Source: Eledone cirrhosa (lineage: Eukaryota). From it: a stretch of 64,000 nucleotides of DNA. Position numbers and translations under genes: made by a program. A model generated the notes under the pieces. That model did no database searches. It was given only the letters and a program-made list of their open reading frames with translations, and had not been told where the DNA came from. The stretch lies in contig OZ024743.1 of the NCBI GenBank assembly GCA_964016885.1, forward strand, positions 72,974,001 to 73,038,000, written 5' to 3'. Below are positions 54,583-64,000 of the stretch, piece by piece; the stretch's first letter is position 1; every line of letters starts with the position of its first letter.

Positions 54583-55435
54583 CTACAATGTGTGAGATGT
54601 TGGTTGCAGTACTCGTTTCTTTCCTATCCGGGAAAATCTACTGTGGTGCCTGCATGAAATGATGATCTCAGATTTTAGGTTAACCGAAATATTTTTCAAT
54701 CTTACTATCTCCATGGCTTCTACCACACAGAGCTTGCATCGGCCATCACCCATGAAATACGCAGCCGGACGTTGCACTATACTCCAGTAGATCTTGTAGT
54801 CCATGCCTCTATCTTTTAACCTCCAGATTAAGTCTGTCAGGCTAGTGGAATACCTCTTAGTCCGGTCCTTCAATGAATTTATGTGGTTATATATCCTCGA
54901 CTTAAAGGTTGTGGATGTTGCGCCGATGTAGTTGTGCCTTGTGTTAGGTGTCTCAACCATACATTTGTACACGATGTTTTTCAGCAAGCATTTGCCCTGG
55001 AGAGGGCATTGTGTACTGCTGCGGCAGTTACAAGTCCGGGTGTCCCTGCTCATAAACCCCGGGCGAGAAACCGTAATGACCTGCGCTTCGCTTCCTCCAT
55101 GTCGGTGGATCACGTTCTAATGGGGGGTGGGTCGTAGTTGGTGCCAGGATCATTAAGCGCTTCCCCACCTATGTTGGACAGGTCTCCCGCCTACTGCTGG
55201 CCACACTCGAAATTCCGCATTTTGAATGAATTGGTGCTAGCAATATAGTCCTCTAAGTTGGGCGCAGTAGAAAACGAGAACTACACAGTGTGTCGATTGA
55301 ATAATTTTGTGGTATTTGTGGGTAGCTGAGAAACTCTCATCCAGTGCTCTGTCCGGCATGTATGTGCGTACGTGTTTACAGTACGGTGAGTTGAACGACG
55401 TAATATTCCTCGATCTAATCCTAGCGAGTTACAGA
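54583..55435 (-). mobile_element. Penelope-like element fragment (Nematis-like GIY-YIG)
   Basis: KYHKIINRHTV..PN; CNCR..CPLQGKCL..IVY..YIGAT..FKSR..NH..CKLC..E..N..E..CRH. Confidence 0.8.
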
Positions 55436-55452
55436 GTCATTTATATATATAT

Positions 55453-55600
55453 AGTGAAGGCGCATGGCTTAAGGGTTAGAGCATTGGACTTGCAATCGAA
55501 AGGGTGTGAGTTTGATTCTTGGACCGGCTGGTGTGTTGTGTCCTTGAGCAAGACACTCTATTTCATGTTGCTCCAGTTTACTCAGCTGTAGAAATGAGTT
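55453..55600 (+). mobile_element. SINE family B
   Basis: Homologous to 7193-7340. Confidence 0.75.
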
Positions 55601-55879
55601 GCGATCCTGCCAAATCAATGTATTGCAGCAGTTCCAGTTGCACGCATCGAAAGACTGGTGTAGTGGTTCTGAGAACAATGCGGCTTTGCAGATGATCAAT
55701 GCAAATTGAGAATGTAAAGGCACTCCCGCTCGAGTTAGAAGAGAACTATTGACCTTCAGGAGAAGCAGCGACCCCTGGTTGTATTCAGCAACCGAAAAAA
55801 ATATGAAGTACACCAAATCCAATGCTCCTAGTGGTGAACCTGGTTCTTCTTATTTAAACTCGACCACATTAGATTAGAT

Positions 55880-56030
<151 letters not shown>

Positions 56031-56991
56031 ATAGAACAACAAATAAGCAGAATTCAGGTGTAGGTATATAGTTAATTCATTGTTTAACGATCATTTCAGA
56101 TGGTCGATTTATGGATATAATGACAAGCATGTTTGTTGTAATAGTAGAGAATAATATTTTTTGGAGAAAAATATAAACATAGAGAATCGAATATAACAGA
56201 GTATCTTTTTCGATTACATTGACTTCATACACAATTTGGCATGTGCATAATTTATGTATGTGTGTATATATGTGTGCGTGTATGTGTATGTGCATGTGTG
56301 ATTTTCACAAGTCTATAACCATACAAATAATTTTTTATTCTTTTGAAAATTCAAATCCAATCTTCTGTATCAGAAATATTTGAATATTCCAAGATAATAA
56401 AGAATGGATTTATATGAGATTGAACATTCCCCAAAAATGATTTTTGAAATATAATACAAGAAATATTCATGTTAATTATTAACTAAACATGACAAGAAAA
56501 CGAGAAATCTAAAAATATTTTAAATGCTTCAATGCATCAATATTTCAAACGGAATACTCAATACTTAGAGGATATTTTTCATGTCCATCTATAAAGAATG
56601 AACACTTTGTCTACAATCTTAAATATCGAAACAGTTTCGATTACCAATAATTTCACTTGAATTTCAGAGAGTTGTGGTTAGCATGAGTTTCAAATAACAT
56701 CAGTTGAATAATGGAGGAAATATAAAACGATGATGTAAAAATGTTTCTCAAAATTGCAAGACAGGATTGGATTAATTAGCAGATTATCGACTAATGTCCA
56801 TGTTTTTATATCTAACAGATTTTATATTAATACATGCATAATAAAGCTCGGCACAGAGTTGGCTACCCGCAGTGTGTCTCCCGCAAAATCCTCCGGGAAA
56901 CACATTCTCTATTCTGCCTGCCTAGGCCACGGGGCGGCCAGCGCGTGGCCCCCATTTGCTCAAAACAAAGATAGATGGGGAGAGCGGGAGA

Positions 56992-57073
56992 GACGGAGGC
57001 AGTGACAGAGGGAGTTTGGTTCGTTTGTGTTCGAACACAAACGAACCAAACTCCCTCTGTCACTGCCTCCGTC
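56992..57073. repeat. perfect 82-bp palindrome without spacer
   Basis: 41-nt arm GACGGAGGCAGTGACAGAGGGAGTTTGGTTCGTTTGTGTTC is followed immediately by its exact reverse complement. Confidence 0.95.
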
Positions 57074-57239
57074 ATGTGTATGTGTTTATGTACATATTTA
57101 TTTTCCGCACTGCATGTTACATACATATACAGGTCTTAACCAGCATTTAATCAAATTAGTATCATTAAGACTCCAGCCAAAGGATATTTGGATGGACACG
57201 TTTGTTATACAGCTTAAGTTTCATATATATGTAAAATAT

Positions 57240-57425
57240 GTGTTTCTACTTTTTGGCACAAGGTCAGCAATTACCCCAGTGCATTACTGGTACTTTATTT
57301 TATCGACACCGTAAGGATGAAAGGCAAAGTTAACCTCGTCTGGATTTCAACTCAGATCATAAAGGGCTGTAACTCTATGCTGAAAAGCATGGCGTCCGAC
57401 CTTCTACCGATACTGCCAATCCACG
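57240..57425 (-). mobile_element. SINE family A
   Basis: Matches the family consensus. Confidence 0.85.
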
Positions 57426-59436
57426 AAGTCATATATATGTAAAATATTGTTGCCTAGTTTTAGAAATATTGAGAAATCGCTAATATATTTAATGGACATT
57501 ATGCCTTTATAACATCTAAGAATATATCATGTGAAGCATAGTAACGAGTATATAGATATCCATTTGATGCACTGGATAACATATTACGCCAAACTATTAG
57601 TTAATAAAGTTTAGTTACATTGCTGAGAAATAAACTGGAAGGAGATGCAGCTCCTTTTGATAACATTGTATTTACTTCTTAACTAAAGTTGTGTTAGCAA
57701 ACGTTAAACCATTCAATTGAACCAAGTACACTATTAAAACTGATGTGAAAGTGACAACATTATTGATTAATGTAGCTGATAAAAACATAATCCTATTAAC
57801 TATTTTACTGTTGGTGTGAGTACAACTTTCGGAACAAATAGAATATGCAATGCCCTGTCACTTTATAAATGGCATAGATCCCAACAATTAATCATCTAGA
57901 ATTAGAAACAGCTATATTGGCAACGCACATTCATTTCCTATATCAAAGTATTTTACCGTTTAATAAAAAATGATCTTAACCGTGTTTGGTTAGTCTAAAT
58001 TTGGTTTATCAGATAGTATTCAGAGTCGAGTGTATAATATGTAAAATTATTTGAAAGAGAAAGTGATATGATAATAAATCTTTTACGTCTCGTAGAAGCT
58101 ATCGTTTGTTTTTCTTTTTTGTTGCTTGGCTAGTTTTCAGATTACATATCCCACGACAATATGTGGAAAGTTTATTATTATTGCAGAGACATTTTGTTCC
58201 AGCTTCTTTCTTTTATAGATCATAACGAGATATGTTTATTGTCTCTACGCTGGTGTTTAGGTATCCATAATATTTGGTCAAAATACTCACTTTGATATAA
58301 TAGATTATCGAATGCAATCAGGTAACTGTTCCCTTTGACGAATAAGGCTGTGGCTGATTTTTTTCTCCTTTTATCCCTAACATTGTTTTGATATATTCTG
58401 TCTGTGGAAAGTTAAAGTTAGTGAGGTTTTCTCATCAATTATGTACCATCTTCGTCGGTAGTGAGCATCTTCAACTTCATATATTTTCGTATTTTGTTTG
58501 TGTATGTACATACGTACAATCTCATGATAGATATTCATATGTAAGCTGTGACGTAGTCTCAGTCTAACGAGTAGATTCAGATCCTGTTTCTATCACATGT
58601 TTGATAGACTTATTTGATATTAGATTAATCATCGGATTAAAAACGTTCACTTGTCTTTTGTGATGCAGCATTGTTGGTGGAACCCACCAATTCTCTTGTA
58701 AACCATATCAAGAACTTTGATCAGGTTTAGATACAATGGCTTAACTAATAAATTAGCTATACAGTAACTTTAACTTACAATAGTGAACAATCAAGGGACT
58801 CTACAGATATGTGTTCTAAATCTTTGATAAATAAACGTACTTTTTAGAAACTTAAAAGCAGTTATACTGGTAAAGTATGATGTGAAACTATTTTTAATGT
58901 CATCGAAACGCGTGTGATACAGGTCTCAGTATTGTTCATAACTTTGGCAGCCACCTTATCGTTCAGGTCAATCATTTTACTCAGCACATATTCAACTATT
59001 TTCTGCAAATCCTCAATCAATTTCTTTCGAATTAGAATTCTATTTTTATTTCATATTATAAATAAATATTGGCATGGACATTTTTTCGACGATTTTAAGT
59101 TTTCAAGGAATGCTGTTTCTATGGATTTACTAAATTTCTGTAATTTTTCTTTCATGGAGTAATATTGAAAATGTTATCAAGTTAAAATATCAATACATAC
59201 ATAACTTATCTGATCACTAGTGCATCAGAACATGTATATATTACAAGTGTATGTTTTAGGACTATACGCTGCAATGGATATACTCCAAAAATCACTTGTA
59301 CATTCATTTTAAAAATAATTCAGTTTCTCTCAAATACAAATTGTGCATTCAGCTACGGTAAACATCATTATTAAATGCAAGGAAAAATGTTCTGCCAATC
59401 CTGAAACTCAGTGTAGCATAAAACTATAAGTGTATG

Positions 59437-59510
<74 letters not shown>

Positions 59511-59684
59511 TGGCTTGGATACTAATACTGAAAGAAAAATCCATTTCTTTTTAAAACTTCTCTTATACAAAATATTAAGCCAATTTTTGAAATACATTAA
59601 AAATTAAAAAAGAAGCATTTCAAGAAATAATTACAATAACAACAACAACAAAAACAACAACAACAATAATAATAATAATAATGA

Positions 59685-60425
59685 TTTCATTTATTGGCCA
59701 CAAGGGCCGACATATAGGGGACAATACAAAAGACTGGGACAGTGGGGTTTTACAGAAAAATCGAGTAAACAATATGAATAACAATAACAAAGTAACAATA
59801 ACAAAGTAACAATAACAAAGTAACAATAACAAAGTAGCAATAACAAAGTAACAATAAAGTAACAATAAAATTACAACCAGAAAAAATTCCCCAATAGGGG
59901 GGATGACCACCTAGGGTTCGCTTAGGTACCCCACCAGTCCTGAACGACCCGACGCTTCGAGAGTACTCTGGAAGGGCACCCTACTCCTCCTCAAATTTAC
60001 CTACTTACAGCCGCATGACCAGAGTAGGCCCACTCACACGGGCCATTCTCGCCACATTCACCCACCTTTCAGAAAATGTACTGGGGGGCAGCACTTCTCT
60101 CTTCACCCTCACCTTCCTTTCCAAGTGAAACTTCGATATAACTCCACAAGTCAGTAATGCCCATACACTGGACGAATGCGTGCAGAACGGTTTCATGGCT
60201 CTGCGCGCATCTCGGGCAGCTCCGTCTGACAGCACTTCCCTGCCTGTATAGTCTATCTCTAAAGGCAGTGCTCCCCAGTAGCACTGCGAAACGAGTGATT
60301 TCTGGAAGTTATCCATGGTCCCCGGCTCGAAAGTCATCTGGAACAGACTGGTTAGTTCACCGTTTAGGCAGAATATCTGGAGATTCCGCAGCCTCAGCGC
60401 ATGTCTGCGCATCATTAGCTACGAC
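59685..60425 (-). mobile_element. Tx1/L1-clade LINE copy C, 3' fragment
   Basis: MMRRHALRLR, MDNFQKSL, CPRCAQSHETVLHAFVQC, ERWVNVARM; homologous to copies A and B; flanked by (AAT)n. Confidence 0.85.
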
Positions 60426-60444
60426 ATTCTAATAATAATAATAT

Positions 60445-60655
60445 GGATTTCTAATATAGGCACAAGACCAGTAATTTGGGGGGAGGGGAGAGTCGATTAA
60501 ATCGACACCAGTACGTTACTGGTACTTTATTTTATCGACCCCGTAAGGATGAAAGGCAAAGCTAACTTCGGCGGGATTTGAACTCAGACCACAAAGGGCC
60601 GTAATTCTATTCTGAAAAGCATGGTGTCCGACCCTCTGTCGATACTGCCAATCCA
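60445..60655 (-). mobile_element. SINE family A (long form)
   Basis: Matches the family consensus. Confidence 0.85.
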
Positions 60656-60659
60656 CAAC

Positions 60660-61210
60660 AACAGACACTGAGAACAAACTCTATGAAGTTCAATATTGAC
60701 AAGTCAGTGAATTCCCCATTTTGTAGGCTCTATGGTGAGAAAGGTGAGACAATAAACCACATTATTAGTGAACGTAAGATACTTGCTCAGAACGAGTACA
60801 AGAGAAGTCACGACAACATTGCTGATTGGTTCATTAGAAGCTCTGTCATAAGTATGACATGAACAGGAGTAAAAAATGGTACAATCGGAAAGGATGGCTG
60901 AAAACGAACAATATCAGATGTTGTGAAACATGACCATCCAGTGTGAGCATTTTATCGTGGCTAGGAAGCCTGGCATCGTAGAAAAGAAGAATAACAAGGC
61001 ATGTATTGTCCCAATTTCCTTCTCATTCCCACAGGGGGAATGAGAAGGAAATTGATAAATTTGGGATATAACAGGAGCTAAAAATTGAAATCAGAAAACT
61101 GTGGGGAATCAGATACGTAGAAGTGGTGCCGATTGTGGTTGGTACATTAGGAAAAGTTAGTAGAAGATTGAATACATGGCATGAGAAGTTAGAAATTACC
61201 TTCAAGACTG
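60660..61210 (+). mobile_element. R4-clade LINE remnant (zinc knuckle and REL endonuclease)
   Basis: LRTNSMKFNIDK..CRLYGEKGETINHIISE..LAQNEYKRSHDN; ARKPGI; ELKIEIRKLW..VVPIVVGTLG. Confidence 0.75.
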
Positions 61211-61565
61211 TTGTGCTTATATGTTTTCATACAACAGTTTTAATAGATCAGTTGGCTTTCCTAATGATTTCTGCGGAATGAAACAGTTATAGCCATGTCT
61301 ATGCATTTCAATGTATTGAGGACCATCTAACTGTGGTGGCCTCTGGACTCACATACACACAATTATATATATATATATATCGACAGTCGTCGGACTTGCG
61401 TCAAATCTGACCGAGTAATCAATGTTTCCGTTGGTCTTTCTAATCCAATTTCTATGAAATAAAGTGTCTTGCTAACACATCGCATAACACCGGTCCAGGA
61501 ATCGAACTCACAACCTCATGATTGCGAATCCAATTCGCTAACCACTCGGCCAGTATATATATATA

Positions 61566-62112
61566 TCTGTATACATATAAAATTAAGTATGTGTGTGTGT
61601 CTGTGTATTACCTATAGGAGGCTACATCTTACGACCGATTTTCATGAAACTTTACAGGCTGATAGATTAGTAATCGGGGAGTGTTTTCTATATATCAGCG
61701 TATCGTTTTTTTTTTATTCCAGGGTCATTCTGCAGATAAAAATAACAAATTTTACTCTAGCTCACACATTTTGCCACCGATTTCGTTCATATTTTAAAGC
61801 AAAATAGAATTTATCATTGCACATCCTGTAATGGCTTTATATTTTGCATTTGTTGTTCAGGGATGGCGTGGCAGCCGCTTAAATATTCCAAAATACCACT
61901 TTTAGATTCAATTTTTTCGCCTCTAGCTCCCACATTAATCAACCTACTATGTTCAAATTTTATACTACGCTAGATCTCATTATTTCACGTCTTAATCTGG
62001 CTTTACATTTTGGATGTTTTGTTGAGGAATGGCGTGGCAGCCGCTTAAATATTCGAAAATACCACCTTTTCGCTCAAATTTCCGCCTTTTCACCTCTAGC
62101 TCACACATTTTT
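61566..62112 (+). mobile_element. Helitron-like 5' part with internal ~170-nt tandem repeat
   Basis: A|TCTGTATACATATAAAA..GTGTGTCTGT..CCGATTTTCATGAAACTTT; CTCTAGCTC three times and ATGGCGTGGCAGCCGCTTAAATATTC twice. No 3' CTRR end seen. Confidence 0.5.
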
Positions 62113-62666
62113 CATCGTTCCTTTGTCAGTGTTGAACAAAAGGGCAACGATGGTTGCCGAACGCTGTACGGCTTAATTCGGGCTGTTTGTTTACAAACAA
62201 ACAGAACATTATAATAAATGTTCGGTAAACCCATACGTACGTATATATGTGAGCATATAGGTATGTATATACATACTGCTGTACGTCTGTATACATATAT
62301 GTATGTACGTACACATACTTAGATTTAAGTATCAGCCGTACTAAGAGTGAGATATGAAATTTCATTTTTTCATTTTTTCCATTTATAGTTTTCGGAGCGC
62401 CTGGCCGACTAATTCACTCGATATGCAAATTAGGCTGCTCAGCTGTTAATATGCATAAGGAAAGTATATACTTTCAAACGTTAACTCATCTGACAGGACG
62501 GTAAACGATGCTGATGACAGCTAAGAAGCTCGAAACTAGTTCATCGTTTCCTCTGCCAGTGTTGAACAAAATGGCAACGATGGTTGCTGAACACTGTATG
62601 GCTTAATTCAAACTGTTTGTTTACAAACAAACCGAACATTATAAAAAAAGTTCGGTAAACACATAC

Positions 62667-62743
<77 letters not shown>

Positions 62744-62812
62744 CATGTATGTATGTATATACATACTGCTGTACGTCTGTATACATATATGTGTGTACGT
62801 ATACATACTTAC

Positions 62813-62815
<3 letters not shown>
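62113..62815 (+). mobile_element. retrozyme-like partial tandem repeat (~430-nt unit)
   Basis: 62113-62325 is repeated at 62542-62815, with an HHR at the junction and no coding capacity. Confidence 0.6.
62503..62549 (+). ncRNA. minimal type I hammerhead ribozyme with palindromic loop III
   Basis: AAACGATG-CTGATGA-C-AGCT-AAGA-AGCT-C-GAAA-CTAG-TT-CATCGTTT, with an 8-bp helix I. Confidence 0.82.
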
Positions 62816-62866
<51 letters not shown>

Positions 62867-62883
62867 ATGTGTGTGTGTGTGTA

Positions 62884-62918
<35 letters not shown>

Positions 62919-62941
62919 GTATGTATATTTATGAAATTAAC

Positions 62942-63013
62942 AGATTAAAGTTTAAGCAAAGAATCACTGCTTTCACCCTTAACGGGATATTCTGAAACTA
63001 AAAAAATCAATCT
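62942..63013 (-). ncRNA. hammerhead-like motif, CAGAAGA family, copy 3 (core CAGAATA)
   Basis: Reverse complement: AGATTGA-T7-AGTTT-CAGAATA-TCCC-GTTAA-GGGT-GAAA-GCA..TGC-TT-AAACT-TTAATCT. Confidence 0.4.
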
Positions 63014-63202
63014 GTGAACGCAGAAGTATATATTTCGAAACCAATGTAGAATTATTCAGATGTTGTTTCTGCATGATGAATATAAGTCAATAGAGTACTC
63101 AACCGAGGGAGTAAAATAATAATAATAATAAATTTGAAGACTAAAATCAAACGAAGACTCGATAAGGATAAATATATATCAAATATATAAAAACAATAGA
63201 GG

Positions 63203-63313
63203 AAATATTTATTAAAATAACAGATTAAAGTTTAAGCAAAGAATCGCTTCTCTGACCCTTAACAGGATCTTCTGAAAATAAGAAGTCAAACTGTAAACGC
63301 AGAAGTAAGTATG

Positions 63314-63367
<54 letters not shown>

Positions 63368-63476
63368 CATATTTACTTCTGCGTCCAGAGATTGATTTTG
63401 TTTTCAGAAGATCCCGTTAAGGGTCAGAGAAGCGATTCTTTGCTTAAACTTTAATCTGTTATTTTAATAAATATTT
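63203..63476. repeat. inverted pair (copies 4 and 5) of the CAGAAGA family around (TA)n
   Basis: ~115-nt arms; both share the derived GGGTCAGAGAAGCG variant. Confidence 0.85.
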
Positions 63477-63705
63477 GGACTACGGTTCTTATATATGTTG
63501 CTCTTCGGTTCTTATATATACTGCTCTACGGTTCTTATATATATATATATATATATATATAAAGAAATACGATTTCGCTTCAAGCATAGCTTTATACAAT
63601 ATGTATACATATTTCGTATCTCCAAGGAAAAACGGTTTTAGGAAGCCGTAGCTATGCAAACACCGTGGGGCTAACGCCCTCTGGTGATGTCCAGCAGAAG
63701 CAAGG

Positions 63706-63758
63706 GGGACAACAGTCTATGCATTTAAGGCTTAACTGGCCTTCGTCAGGACGGTCCC
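63706..63758 (-). ncRNA. degenerate type I hammerhead (GAAA changed to TAAA)
   Basis: Reverse complement: GGGAC-CGTC-CTGACGA-AGGC-CAGTTAA-GCCT-TAAA-TGCA-TA-GACTGTT-GTCCC. Confidence 0.55.
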
Positions 63759-64000
63759 TCCCACCGCTTGCGACTGCTGGACTAGAAGACAGCCGAGAAT
63801 ATATACATTTCTCGTCTGTGTAAATGAGGTGATTAATCTCATTTGCATATGAAATTAAATAATTAATCTCATTTGCATTTGCATATCTAGGCTAAATAGC
63901 GAGGCTTTTTATTCTGGAGATTTGACATCTGGTAAACAGGCGAAACTCCAGTGTAACAAGACTAATAGTTCAAGAATAATAAAATGAATACACACACAGA

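Overview
AT-rich, microsatellite-saturated eukaryotic (metazoan) DNA. The SINE types and repeat density suggest a coleoid cephalopod such as Octopus, but this is inference. I can support no intact host gene, rRNA, tRNA or CRISPR array. The window is mostly decayed transposable elements: RTE-like, R4/Dong-like and Tx1/L1-like LINEs, several Penelope-like elements (Naiad-like and Nematis-like), a hATm-like transposase remnant, Helitron-like elements and about 15 tRNA-derived SINE copies. Most retroelements abut one particular microsatellite. The most notable signal is a dense set of hammerhead-ribozyme (HHR) motifs from several unrelated sequence families: (i) Naiad pseudo-LTR HHRs with covarying helix II; (ii) a ~430-nt retrozyme-like repeat whose first copy starts at the predicted cleavage site; (iii) a five-copy family with a complete HHR fold but a non-canonical CAGAAGA core; (iv) fold-back palindromes that turn at HHR helix II. 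Between the elements lie frameshifted fragments resembling fibronectin type III (FN3) repeats of decayed gene(s). All calls were made by eye; no searches or folding programs were run, and boundaries are approximate.
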